Below are positions 1-14,321 of a stretch of DNA of 64,000 nucleotides, piece after piece. The position numbers and the translations under genes are program-made. This DNA comes from the human T2T-CHM13v2.0 reference genome, Homo sapiens. Within the stretch, counting starts at the first letter, position 1. Each line of letters begins with the position of its first letter. The stretch lies in NCBI RefSeq assembly GCF_009914755.1, contig NC_060930.1; one strand, given 5' to 3'. The notes under the pieces were generated by a model. That model did no database searches. It was given only the letters and a program-made list of their open reading frames with translations, and was not told where the DNA came from.

Positions 1-1340
1 AGTTGTGAGGACAGCTTCATGGGACATAATGATGGGTGCTGTGGTGAGCCCCACCCAGACGGACCGGAGTCGGTTCATTCTCCTTTAACCTCATCATGGT
101 CAGATCCTATTCAATGGCCATCAGGACTGCCATTGCCTGAGCAATTGGTCTTGAGAAAAGAACTTCAGCTCCCTGGACTTCGTTTCCTCCTCAATAAAAT
201 GCCATCACTACCCAGTTCAGAGGCTCTGACAACAGCATCCACAGCAGATACTTCCCCAAAGTTCCTGAAGGAGAAGCTCTTTCTTTGCAGGTGTTTCAGA
301 TTCTCTCTCTCTCTGTGGTGAAGCCCAAGGTTTTGCGCACCCTCCCCTCTGGACTCGAAGTGTATGCCATATAAAATTACATCATATTTCATAAACAGAG
401 CACTGTTTTGATTTTGGGTCTCCTCCCTAGGGTCAATGGCTTCTCTCTACTCAGGCTCCTTCTCTCTGGGAGTCCAAGTAGAAGCACACAACGTTTGTTG
501 ATTACACCAAAGAAATATTAGAGATGGGTGTTTTGCCAAGATTTTTCCTTCCAGACCAGAGCACGAAGTGCTTCCACCTCAAAATAGCCTTTGTGTTGTG
601 GGTTTATAAATTCTAACATGCATTGTGGTCTTTAGGGTGCTAGATTCTTTACTACTAACAGTCTTGTTATATTTGAGAAGCTGCTTGTAATACAAACAAG
701 CCTGAAGTTCAGTGTCTCTAGAATGGATGACTATTTTATTGTGAGTCATGGTTAACTAGTTGATGAGCCTATGGTCCTCACCGCCCTAAGCCATGCCCTA
801 TGCAACCTTGAGCCAATCCTGACTTTATGCAGGAGGGGTGTAAACTTTAGCCCCACATTCTAGAAGTCAGGCTCAGTCAGCCTAGCCAGACTACCTCTGT
901 GGAAAGATCTAATAACCAGCATTCTGAGTGCTAAGAATGTTGCTTTTGAACCTGCCAAATTTCCCAGTCACTTGAGGCTCAGGGCCTTGCCTTGCTCTTG
1001 CTAATCTCCCCTCTGGGGATGACCATCCTAACCATAAACTGCAAACAACCTTCCCCAATAACTTCTGCCGGCCTAAGTCCTTGTTGTATCACAGAATATC
1101 AACACCCACCAGAATTCCGTGTTGGAACACCCTGCAACCTTGCGATGAACCACACAGTGCTCCGTGCTGACTTGTGGGTTAGCCCTGCCCTGCTACCTGT
1201 TCTGAGGATTGCATATTCTCTTGGAATTTATTCCCTGATGCCCATTTCCCCAGCTCTTCCAAGGCTGCCTGTCCCACTGTACGTATGCCTGGCCATCTCC
1301 CAAGATATGTCAACAACTGATAGATCAACACTTTAGGAGC
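1..1340 (-). mobile_element. Possible highly decayed class III (ERVL-like) internal gag remnant
   Basis: Frameshifted minus-strand translation (..NLKHLQRKSFSFRNFGE..VVRASELGSDGILL..EETKSRELKFFSQDQLLRQ) resembles the recalled ERVL gag block 'EL.dL...f.q.PGE....W..R..d.G.d.I.L...E...L..ls.D'. Judged by eye only. Confidence 0.3.
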
Positions 1341-1584
1341 CAGAACGTCTTATTAGAGTGAAATGTTAATTAGGATAGGAACTGTTGGAATGTAGCAGCA
1401 AGCAGAGCCATCAGGTTTTGGGCGGTGGAGACTGTGTAAGCATCACATTAGGGAATTACTCTCTGAGCAAAACACAAAATGAGATGCCTCAAACTGAAGA
1501 GAAAAGAAATGGTTGCTGATTTTACAAAGCCTGGAAATTTTTAAATTTATTTCTGCTGTTGTTTTTGTCACTATATATTTTTAA

Positions 1585-2366
1585 ATTATTTTTATTGTGA
1601 CAAAATAAACATAAAATTTACCATCTTAACCATTTTTAAGGGTACAGTTCAGTGGTGTCAAGTCCGTATAGTCACAGTGTTGTGCAATGTCACCACCATC
1701 CATCTCTAGAACTCTTTTTATCTTGGAAAACTGAAACTCTGTATCTATTAAAGAATAAATCTCTATTTCTCTTCTTCCCCCAGCCCCTGGTAACCACAGT
1801 TCTACTTTCTGTCTCTCTGAATCTGACTACTCTAGGTACCTCATGTAAATGGAATCATATAGTATTTGCCGTTTTGTGATTGGTTTATTTCACTTAATGT
1901 TCTTAAGGTTTATCCACATTGTAGCATGTCAGAATTTTCTTCCTTTTTAAGGCTGAATAATTTTTTATATTTATATATCTTTATATAGAGATATATAGAG
2001 AAAAATTATTCAGCCTAATATGAATATGTGTGTGTATATATATCTCTCAAATTTTGTTTATCCATTCCTCTGTATATGAACGCTTGAGTTGCTTCTACCT
2101 TTTGGATATTGTGACTAATGCTGCTATGTCTGCACATATGCAAATATCTGTTCTAATCTTTACTTTCAGTTCTTTTGAGTATGTGCCAGAAGTGGGATTG
2201 CTAAGTAATACGGTAGTTCTATGTTTAGCTTTTTGAGGAGCTGCCATGCCATTTTCCATAGCAGTGGCACAAGGGTTCCAATTTCTCCACATCCTCTTCA
2301 ACAGTTGTTATTTTCTGGGTTTAATTTTTTAATAGTAGCCTTCCTAACGGGTGTGAGGTGGTATCT
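1585..2366 (-). mobile_element. L1M (L1MB-like) 3' fragment
   Basis: Typical antisense L1MB 3' sequence: AAAATTTACCATCTTAACCATTTTTAAG..., GGAATCATAT..., GTGTGAGGTGGTATCT. Confidence 0.8.
1950..2016. repeat. 67-bp near-perfect inverted repeat (hairpin) inside the L1M
   Basis: AGGCTGAATAATTTTT (1950-1965) is the exact reverse complement of AAAAATTATTCAGCCT (2001-2016). The inner arms 1970-1984 and 1985-1999 pair with two G:T wobbles. Confidence 0.9.
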
Positions 2367-3091
2367 TTTTGGTTTTTTCATAAATCTTCTGTAAGTTTCC
2401 ATCCTCTGAAAATATCTGCCAGGGAAGATCTTGTCATCCCCCCTTCCCATAGATGAGTATTGTTCAAGTTAAAGGATATCACCTCTTTGTCCTCACTAAT
2501 TTGTAGCTTGATAATATTTTTAACAATAAACTTTTCCATCTATCTATATCTAGAGTTTAGTAAAGGCCTTATCAATAGCTAAAATTAACTAAAGGTTTCA
2601 ATATGAGTATTTGATGTTATTTATTTTCATGGTTTTATTTATATGAAAGTAGAAACAAATTTGTCTTGTTGTGCCTTCCTTCAGAATCCCAGAAAATTTA
2701 TTTTCAAATGTGATGACATATTCCATAGGGATTCAAAAAACAAACAAACATTTTAAGGTTTCTGAGGGCTTTTAAGGAAATAACTAAGTCCTTAGAAATG
2801 TGACAGAGATCATAATTATTAACAATAATCATTACTTACATTATTCCACTAGAAAGCATTTTAACAAATAAAGACATATTCAAAAAATTACTAGTGAAAC
2901 ATACCTAAATCATTTTATATAATCTAGTAAGAACATAGTGATTAAAAATATTTCATGTAATTTATTTCAACTATTAATTTAAAACATCGATATTAATTCT
3001 ATGTTATGCAAACAATTTATTTTTTAAAACCATGTGATTGTGGTTTTTAAAAAAGGTCCTAAATTACATAGGAGTAAAATAAATTATTTTT

Positions 3092-3111
<20 letters not shown>

Positions 3112-3124
<13 letters not shown>

Positions 3125-3352
3125 AAGAGATTTGGTCTTGCTCTGTCACCCAGGCTGGAGTGCAGTGGCACAGTCGTGGCCACTAGAACTTCTGGGCTCA
3201 AGGGATCCTCCCACTTCAGCCTCCCAAGTAGCTGGAACTACAGGCAAGCACCATCATGCCCAGCTACTTAAAACAATTTTTTTTATAGAGACAGAGTCTC
3301 ATTCTGTTGAACAGGTTGGTCTCAAACTCCTGGCCTCAAGTGATTTTCCCAC
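3112..3352 (-). mobile_element. AluJ-like, 5'-truncated, tail adjoining (TA)n
   Basis: Antisense Alu arms with J-type GGGCTCAAGGGATCCTCCC. Confidence 0.85.
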
Positions 3353-3509
3353 CCCCCAGCAAATATATTATATTCATGAAGTGATTTTACCATTCTTTTA
3401 TTTCTGATGCCTTTCTGGTTTCACGTGAAACAAATTCTATTCCTTAGGCTTAGAATATTTTTCCTTCTAAAATTATTTAAATTCTACTCATCTTTCAAGG
3501 CCTTGCTCA

Positions 3510-3675
3510 GGCCTTCCTCCACTAGAAGGTAATCTTCAGGAGGGCAGGGATTCTTGTCGGTTTTGTTTAAGGTTCTATGATCACTACATAGAAGAGTACC
3601 CAGCACTAGGAGGTGCTTTATATATGTACATTGAATACAAGAACAAATGAATGAGTGAATAAATGAATGAATATC
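3510..3675 (+). mobile_element. L2 3' end
   Basis: GAGGGCAGGGA...CCCAGCAC...(TGAA)n terminus. Confidence 0.65.
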
Positions 3676-3762
3676 CCAGATCTTATGGCTTACTCCCTCC
3701 TCTAAACTTCTACAGTATGTGGACTATCTATATAATTCTTTTGACTCTTAACATGTACATTT

Positions 3763-4140
3763 TGTGGCAGGCATTTGTGTTGTCCCAGCATATGATAGAA
3801 TCACACTTTCCCACTCATTTGACGTTAGATGTGGTTATGCACTTGCTTTAGATAATGACAACTGAGCAGAAGCAACAAGTGTAACATCTAGGAAGAAGCT
3901 GTAAGAACAACTGGGTGACTCATGACCTTCCTTTTTTCCTCCTTCGATGATTGTAGAAGCTAGTGTCAGTAGGGCGCCCCCACTAGCTTGGCTTCCGGAG
4001 TGACTACAATGACTAAAACCCCCGTGCCAACCTGAGATGGTCATGTAGTAAGAGTGCAAAAAAACCTTTCTGTTACAATCCTCTGAAATGTAGTGATTAT
4101 TTATTTCTGGAGCATAACCTGGCTGTTCCTGACTAGTACA
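3763..4140 (+). mobile_element. MaLR solo LTR (MLT1I/J-like)
   Basis: TG...CA ends (TGTGGCAG...TGACTAGTACA) with degenerate 5-bp TSD CATTT/CACTT. Confidence 0.7.
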
Positions 4141-4374
4141 CACTTTTAAGCTGTATTTATCTGTTAATTTGTGTCTCCAACTGGATCCCAAATCCTGTTG
4201 AAAAAGTAACTATATCTTACAGTCTTTTGGTTTTCCTTTTTCCAGTCCAATGCCTTAAACCTTATAGATTCTTTATAAATGTTTACTGACCATCGCCACC
4301 ACCAATGGTAGTGATGATGATGACGACGAAGATGACAATAACATGAGGTCATTATCAGGTGTACCTAGATTTGA

Positions 4375-4708
<334 letters not shown>

Positions 4709-5203
4709 TGATTTAAAAAAAAAAATGCTCAGTTAGAAACAGAAACAGACTCAAATGTGCCATGGTTTGGGGACTCATAAAATATGTACGTTTTGATCAT
4801 ACTTCCTTTGTACCCTCAGAAGTTCAAACAGAAACTTATATGTAAATAATACTGAGATTCTAGTCATCTTAATTTTTATGTTAAATTTGATCATTAGATA
4901 CAAATCATCATTTGAGAGCACGATTAAGAAGGCACCTCTTGCTTAAACATGCTTTTAATCTGTCATACCCCTGCTTTAAAACATATTTCCTTCTTTATCT
5001 TGCTTTACAATGCCCAGCATAGTCTGGGATATTTTGCGACCTTTAGGGTAACTTTGTCAAGACTGTCTCTGTTCCATTTTCAGAAAAGGAAACATCCTTT
5101 TAGCAAATAAAAAACAAAAGCCATCCTTCAAGTTTGGATTTGAGTGATCCTACATGGCTTGCAACTGACATGGATGGTGATTCCCCTGGAAATGAAGTAG
5201 GAA

Positions 5204-5507
5204 TTTTTTTTTTTTTTTTTTTTTTTTGAGACAGAGGGTTGCTCTGTTGCCCAGGCTGGAGTGCAATGGCGCGATCTTGGCTCACTGCAACTTCCGCCTC
5301 CCGGGTTCAAGCAATTCTCTGCCTCAGCCTCCCGAGTAGCTGGGATTACAGGCGCTTGCCACCACGCCTGGCTAATTTTTTGTATTTTTAATAGAGACAG
5401 GGTTTCACCATCTTGGCCAGGCTGGCCTTGAACTCCTGACCTCCTGATCCACCCACCTCAGCCTCCCAAAGTGCTGAGATTATAGGCATGAACCACCGCG
5501 CCCGGCC
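5204..5507 (-). mobile_element. AluS
   Basis: Full antisense Alu with poly-T and degenerate TSD AGGA(A)TTTT. Confidence 0.93.
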
Positions 5508-6819
5508 AGGATTTTCTATATCAAGTCATTTGTGTGTCTTTGGACAAAGATTTTAATAATATTTGCCATATTTTTCTATAAGAACAACTGGGCTAAATCT
5601 AATTTACAATTGAAAGGCATGATAATTTTACTGGGGCTACTTCCTCAAGATTACTTAATCCTAGCAATTTACAGGACACCTAGAGATGGCACCACTTAAG
5701 AGTGAAGGAGAAGCAAGGTCAGTCCTTGTGTTTGCTCTTCCCCGGCGTGAGCTGTCACCACCCCTCCTGGCCTCTGGTTCACTTAACAGTCATTGATACT
5801 TTTCACCCTCCGCTCTTTCTCTACAACTGCTCTATTTTCACTCTTTCTCACAGTCCCAGGCCTGATATTTCTCCTTCCTTCTGACCTTGAGGAACCTCTC
5901 ATCCTTTCTCAAATTACAATGCATATCTCAGCATTGATTCCATATCCCTGTTCTCACTTTCCCTTTCCCTGATTGCTTTTGAGAGAAGATAATTGAGGTA
6001 CGCCACTCAGATATCGCTATCTTCTGCTGACACTGAACATCTCTTCAAAAGGATCAATGGGCAAAGTAATTGCTCAGAATAAAGACCGGAAGACGTGGCA
6101 AAGATCACATAGAGGAGAGACTGAAGGCTGAGTTCATTCTGTAGAATCTGACTGGTGAAGGCTGACATGAAATTAATTACCATCATGCAAAGAGGTGGTC
6201 TTACGAAGCTCACGAGTGAAGAAAGTACAAGTCCCACTTCCTACCCAACCTCCAGATCTCTGCACGTGATTTTCTAATTCCTATGCCAATTCCCTTTCCT
6301 TTTATATTCCTCACCCTTAATTCTCTCTTTCTCTCGTTCACAATGCATGAGCACATCCAAGCTCTCTACTTTGGAAATACACTTTAGAAAAATACACTTT
6401 TCAGCACCTCCACCATTCCCACCCTAGTCCAAACAGCCATAATATCTGACCTGAACTATGCGATAACCTCCAAACTAGTCTCTTTGCTTCTCTACATTTG
6501 TCTCCTTGTTCTATTCTCAACACAACAGCCAGAATGGTCTTTTAAAAACAGAAGTCACATAATGTCACTCCTTTGCTCAAACAGTACATTTACAGCTCCC
6601 AAGAACGAAATCTCAAGCCCTAATGGAGGTTCCAAGGCTTTCCATTCTCTGTCCTCTGATGCTTTTCTGATCTCATCTCCTACTACTCCATTCCAGCCTC
6701 ACTGACCTCCTTGCTGCTCCTTGAGCATTTCATGTAAGCTCCTGTTTTAAGCCTTTGCGGGCACTATTTCCTCTGCTTAGAAAGGTGCTTCGCTAGATAC
6801 CCACACAAATTGTTGTCCA

Positions 6820-7200
6820 AATTAGCTAAGCAACTGTAACAAAATACAGTGATTAAATTCAAGACCAGAATTTTATTTCTCTCTCATGTAAAGGTGGAGA
6901 TGGCAGGTCAGCTCTGCCATCCTCAGTATGTGGTAGCCTAGATTGATCCAGTTATCACCATATCCCAGTTAGCAGGAAGAAGACATGTGCCTTTAAGGAG
7001 ATGACCTAAAAGTTGCACACCACTTTTGTTCACATTCAAATTGGTTCAAACTTAGTCTGCAGCACACGTAGCTGCAAGGAGAGCTGGGAAATGTAGTCAG
7101 GAGCTGTCACTCATTTGCTTAGTAAAAACTCTGAAGGCTCTATCAATAAAAACAATAAGAGGAAAAAGGATGCTGGAGGGTAGTGGCAGTCTCTGCTGTA
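6820..7200 (-). mobile_element. MaLR LTR (MLT1J/K-like)
   Basis: GCTGCAAGGAGAGCTGGGAAATGTAGTC and flanking MLT1-type motifs. Confidence 0.6.
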
Positions 7201-7426
7201 GCCCTTCCCTAATTCAGGACGCTGCTCAGATAATATTCTTATCAGAAAAACCTCCCCTTTTCGCCTTTCTGAAAATATCCTTTCACTGTAACTCTCTATC
7301 CCTTTACTCTGGTTTTTATTTGTTCCTGGTAATTGATAAAGCATAGCTTTTTTTGTGCATTCACTGCTTCCCCTCACAAGAATGTAGACACCAGACACCT
7401 TGAAGGCAGGGATTTCACTTCATTCA

Positions 7427-7874
<448 letters not shown>

Positions 7875-9578
7875 TCAATAAGTATGAAATGGAGTATGGA
7901 GGAGACAGGATTTTAATTTATTCTCAAAAGCTGGAGGAATACCAGTTAAAGATTTCTGTCTCTAATACATTTCCTTTCATTGGAAATAATTAATGGGCCC
8001 TTTATTTCTTACAAATATGGAGCAAAAATGCACACATTGTTTTGGGAAAAATATAAAATCATCATTGAACTAAGGCTATTGCAACCTGACTTATTAAAAG
8101 TTCTGCACAGTAATAAAAACTAAGTGTACATTTCATGAGACTTTGCTCTCATCAAGTTAAAGAGGGGTGTTAGGAAATGTTGGGCTTAAATTGGACTGTC
8201 CTTGAAGATTCCTGTTGTTTCCTGAAGTTATTTGCATGTCCTGGTTCCAAATATGTCCCACAGGAGGTATGCGACCTGGGCCACGGCAGGAGGGAGCAGT
8301 GCCTGCCATGCCGTCACCCTAAGCTTCACCTAAAGCTGAGGAAGGCCATGTGGGGTGGGCCAGGCCTGGACCAGGGCTCTCCAGATTTCACAACAATGTC
8401 CCCCACAAGGTGATATTTAAGTCTGGGAAACATATAACCAACCATTTTAGTGCCTTGTCTGGGCCATGAAGGAAGCCTATCCAAGCATGCGGGTTAAGTC
8501 TACTCAAGAGAAATGTCAACCAACCTAGTGTGAGAACTTCTCGTCCTGGGACTGGACTCCAAGGGAGGTAGATACCTGGCCATGGTTTTCAGTGGGGGTT
8601 GACCTGGCCTCGCCATGTGGAAGCCTGATGGAAGTTTCCTCTCAAATCCCTTTGCTCTGAGACTGGATCTGGGTGCATGACCCCAGAAGCTCCCTTCCGG
8701 CAGCAGTGCATGCTGCTTCTTATGCTGGAGGTCTGTTTGTCCCACCACAGCCTGGTCTTGGCTGAGTTGTGAGGACTAAAGGGAGTAACCAGAGTTCCTG
8801 CTCAGAGCAACAGGTACAGGGGTACAGGCAGCCTGACAAGCCAGATGCAGGATGGACTGGAGGATTTGTGGAGCTCCAGAAAGCTGGGGTTCTATAGATA
8901 CACCTTCCTCCAGGATGCCCAAAAACCACCTGAGAGGTGAGACCGGTAGGAAAATTGGCTTTCTGTGGCCTATGAAAGGGAGCTTTATTGTAACTTAAAT
9001 ACTAAAAGGAGAATGCTGTTGTTTATAAGTCACAAGCTGGTGAGATCTAAGGATCTGTCAATCACATCTAATTGGGAATATTGAGAGAAGGAGTTGTAGC
9101 TCTTGTTTATGACATCACAACATTTTCCTAATTATCTTAAGCAGCATCACAGCTTTCTTAAACGTTTCTCAGAAAAAAGATTCTAAAAGCTAACGTCATA
9201 CTGTACCTATTAGGAGAAAGGAGACCGATAAACAAACTAGAGCATACAGCTTGCTCCATCAGAAACAAATTAGTCTTCCTTGGATACGACTTTCACTGTT
9301 TCACCTTTCTGTGCCAAAACAGTCAATGGCCCCCTGCTCCCTCTAATATCTGGCTGATATTCCACTGTTTGATTTTTCCTTTGCAGAGAAACCTTTCCTA
9401 AACACTGAACTTACTTCTACTTTCTCCCATCATAAGCTGTCCACCCAAGGGTCTGCCAGGCTCCCCATTCATCCTGGCCCCTGCTTTTGCTCATTCATTC
9501 ACTTCACTTAGAACCGCATGCTGAACAATTTATCCCCAATCTAGCCACTGTCTTGAATTGTGTGCTGTTTTACATCTG

Positions 9579-9915
9579 CAGTCATGTGCCACAAAACATC
9601 TCAGTCAATGACAGAGCATATGTATGATAATGGTCCCATAACATTATAATACCATATTTTTACTATACATTTTCTATAGTCAGATATATAAATACTTACC
9701 ATTGTGTTACAGTTGCCTACAGTATTTAGTACAGTAACATCATGTGTAGGTTTGTAGCCTAGGCGCAATGGGTTATACCATATGGCCTACGTGTATAGTA
9801 GGCTCTACCACCTAGGTTCGTCTAAGTATATACTCTATGATCTTAGTATAATCACAAAATTGCCCAATGACGCATTTCCCAGAATGCACCCCCATCATTA
9901 AGTGATGCATGACTG
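9579..9915 (+). mobile_element. Tigger3a (MER7A/Golem) non-autonomous DNA transposon
   Basis: Terminal inverted repeats CAGTCATG...CATGACTG and internal GGTCCCATAACATTATAATACC. Confidence 0.85.
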
Positions 9916-10121
9916 TTTTGTTTTGATTCTTCAACTAGATGACAAACCCCTCTAGGAGGTAATTTCTTTTATGTTTCTCACTGCACCTAGCACCATTCCA
10001 GGCACCTCATGGGACTCAATTAACACATTTTTATTAAACGCTTGAAGAAAAGGCTGGGAATCACTGACCTATAGATAATTCTTATAATCAAGTGTCCTTC
10101 TTCCCAATTACATGAAGAGTC

Positions 10122-10593
10122 TGTGTTGGTCTCCTAATGCCACTGTAACAAATTCTCACAAACTTGGCGGCTTAAAAGCAACAGAAATGTATTCTCTCAT
10201 AGTTCTAGAGGCAGAAATCCGAGATCAGTTTCACAGGGCTGAAATAAAGGTGTCAAGAGCCTCCCTCCCTCCGGAGGCTCTAGAGGAGAATTCACTCCTT
10301 GCCTCTCCCAGTTTCTAGCTGCTGTCGGCATCCCCTGGCTTGGGGCTGCATCTTACTGATCTCTGCTTTCGTGGTCCTGTTGTCTTCTCCTCGTCAATGT
10401 GTCGTCTCCCTCTACCTCTATATTATAAGGACACTTGTGATTAAATTTAAGGCCCTCCTGGATAATCCAAGATAATCTCCCCACCTCAAAATCCTTTATT
10501 TAATCACATCTGCCAAGACCTTTTTGCCTCCAGGTAAGGCAACGTTTACAGGTTCCAGAGATTAGAACTTGATATCTTATTCAGTCTACTACA
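10122..10593 (-). mobile_element. MaLR solo LTR (MLT1D/E-like)
   Basis: TG...CA ends; CTGTAACAAATTCTCACAAACTTGGCGGCTTAAAA; GGATAATCCAAGATAATCTCCC. Confidence 0.8.
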
Positions 10594-10669
10594 AGTTATA
10601 ATTTAAATAACATCCTTAATATTTGTTCAAATAAACATAATACCAATAGAAAAGGATAATGTAGACCTA

Positions 10670-11029
<360 letters not shown>

Positions 11030-11063
<34 letters not shown>
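11030..11063. repeat. (CA)~16 microsatellite
   Basis: Direct reading. Confidence 0.95.
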
Positions 11064-11065
<2 letters not shown>

Positions 11066-11401
11066 CAACATATATACACCTGTATGTCCATGCATACGCA
11101 AATTTGTGTATCAGCAAAAGTAGTTCCTATTGCATAGACCTATTGCATAGTTTTACTATGGACCAAGTTCTTATTTGTAAAAAAAAAAAAAAAAAAAAAA
11201 GCAAAACAGAATTAAAAGGCATATCTCTGGGCATTCAATTGAGACTACCAAAATGACAAAAAGAAAGGCTAGATTCTATAGAAAGGGAGATTTGTTTACA
11301 ACTAAAGTATTTCAAAAGTTTACCAAATAAAAATAGTAACTTTTAAGGTTAATATGGGTTAAAGAATTATTGGGACAAGTAGCCTGAGTGATAAGACATA
11401 A

Positions 11402-11847
<446 letters not shown>

Positions 11848-11869
11848 GATTTACAAAGCTCTTGACATA

Positions 11870-12050
11870 CCTGTTCTCATTTGATTCTTACCACAATTTG
11901 GTGAAATAGGCAGAGTGTGTATTCTTACTCCCAGTTTGCAGATGAACAAATTGATTTAGAGAGAGTCAATGACTTTCTCAAGAAAACCTAGCTAATAATT
12001 GTCAGGTGTTAACAACAACTCAGGCTTCCTACTTCTCAATTCAGTACACT
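11870..12050 (-). mobile_element. MIR
   Basis: Antisense MIR core CCCAGTTTGCAGATGAACAAATTGA...TGACTTTCTCAAG. Confidence 0.65.
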
Positions 12051-12339
12051 CTCAAGATAAGAATAACCGTAATGCATTTAATTGTTAATTGAGAAATTAG
12101 TAAATTGACATCTAAGAGAGACAGCTCTGGCTTATGAGCTGCTTGTCCTGCTGAAGCCCTGGCAGCCACTGACTCTACCAATCTGGCTCCTCCATGTTTG
12201 TCTGTTCTACCTCTGAACTGGCGCTAAACTTAATCCAGATCTGAGGATATTCCTGACATATAAAAATACTGGCAGCAAGGTCAACAATCTGGTTCTTATT
12301 TTGGTTCTGTAGCTTGGTTTAATGAGCAAATCTTGGAAA

Positions 12340-12800
12340 CTAACCTTCAATTAATCAAACAGTATTATTGATCCCAAAATATGTGTAAGACATTGTGTCA
12401 GAAAAGCATTCATCATCCACTCACCCATCTACCTGTCCATCCATCCATCCATTTATCCTGTTATTATTAACTAATTATCTACTACAGCCAGGCACTCGAA
12501 TCAAAGATGAACAAAATGCAGTTGCTGTTACTAAGTTTCTCACAGTTCAGTGAGGGGGAGACACATATTAGATCAGTAAAAATAAGATAAATTAAATCCA
12601 ACATTGGAGTTATATTCAGAGTATTACTGAGGTTGGGAAAGCATTCCTGGAAGTATATCTAAAATGCACCCTTTAAGAACAAATGAAGTTAGCAGGGGGA
12701 GGAAGAGTAAGTGGTGGGGAGGAGGGTGGAGCAGAAGACACAGAAACAAAGGCTCAGAGCCAAGAGACAGCACGGTGTGCATTAGCTGTGCGTCTGGATC
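12340..12800 (-). mobile_element. L2 fragment
   Basis: Antisense L2 3'-type sequence (CAAACAGTATTATTG..., CAAAGGCTCAGAG). Confidence 0.5.
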
Positions 12801-13453
12801 AAGATACCTAAAACCTAGAAGCCTATCTTTCATCCTACTTCCACTGCAGGCTCCCCAGTGAGTGCCACAGTCTCAGGAGGTACACTGGGCAAGGCCATTT
12901 TATTAGTGGCAGGGTCTACTACAGTAGTGCTTTAGGCTGATAAGCTGTGCGGAACCATGCATGCGAGTTTGCAGCCCTGCTTTAAGTGGAGGGAAGGAAA
13001 GGGAGAATCTGGTTTCTCATATTCCAGGGTGGAATGTGAGCCCAGGTTGGAATATGAGCCTCAGGGTGAGCGAGTGATTCAAGAGCATCAACAAAAACCC
13101 AAAGGAAGAATCCATGGCTAAGGGGAAGATCCAGAAAAATCCTTCAGGAGGGCACAAGAATTTTTAATGTGCAACCTTTCACCCTCTAACTCAGCACTCT
13201 AGTTGCTCGTCCTGGACCCTTCTCAGCGTTCCTTTCCTCTCCCTGGTGGGATGAGGCTGTGGATGGAGGAGAGTATGACCCCTAGTGGCTGGAGTGCAAC
13301 TCTAATTGATATGGGGGGTCTGGGCTTTGGGGGACAGGACCTGACTGTATTTACAGAGCCTAGAATGGGAAGCAGGGTGTGGTAAGCAGTGAGCCTGGAG
13401 CAGGAGGGAGTGGTGAGATCAGGGCCTTTAATACCATTTTAAGTAGTCTAGAG

Positions 13454-13778
13454 CAGTGCTTCCCCAAAGAAATAGAATGCAAGCCACACATGTGCTTTAC
13501 AATTTTGCAACAGAGATATTTAAAAAACAGCAAATTACCAAAAAGGTAAAATAAATTTTAATAATGTATTTTAATAAACCATATATGTCCCAAAGTTTAC
13601 CTGTTCAACACATAATATGTATTAAAAATAATTGGTGATAGGTTTTACAAACTTTTATTATACTAAGTGTTCTAAATCTGAGTATTTTACCCTTACAGCA
13701 CATCTCAGTTCTGACTGGCCACATTTCAAGTACTCAATAGTCACATGCAGCTAGTGGCTACCCTATTGGACAGCGTAG
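13454..13778. mobile_element. hAT-Charlie non-autonomous element (MER33-like)
   Basis: Terminal GCCACATTTCAAGTACTCAATAGTCACATG...GGACAGCGTAG and 8-bp TSD GTCTAGAG/ATCTAGAA. Confidence 0.8.
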
Positions 13779-13948
13779 ATCTAGAACTTTTCCTGAATGT
13801 ACATGGGGTTGTGGAAGGGTTTTAGGCATGGCCGTGGAAGACCAGATGTGTATTCCACACACATCACTATGGTGGATTTGAGGAAGGTAGACTTCCTGGA
13901 GGCAGGAAGATGAGGTAGGAAATGATGATATGAAAGTGTAGGTGAGGG

Positions 13949-14249
<301 letters not shown>

Positions 14250-14321
14250 GAAAGTGTAGGTGAGGGGTGCCCAGGGTCTGAATCAGGAGGTAGGGAGGTG
14301 ATAGTGAGTGTAAGAGGGGAA

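Noticed and set aside
165-392. 'VSAVDA' resembling a cadherin repeat motif
   Set aside because: It lacks the DxD, LDRE and DxNDN motifs, the frame is closed, and no exon structure is evident.
3417-3432. 15/16 match to the bacterial parS consensus TGTTTCACGTGAAACA
   Set aside because: It is a single site in primate DNA with no parAB or bacterial flanks, so it is treated as a coincidental E-box palindrome.
8350-9050. Possible old LTR (minus-strand TATAAA...AATAAA...CA)
   Set aside because: No family, boundaries or TSD could be assigned by eye.
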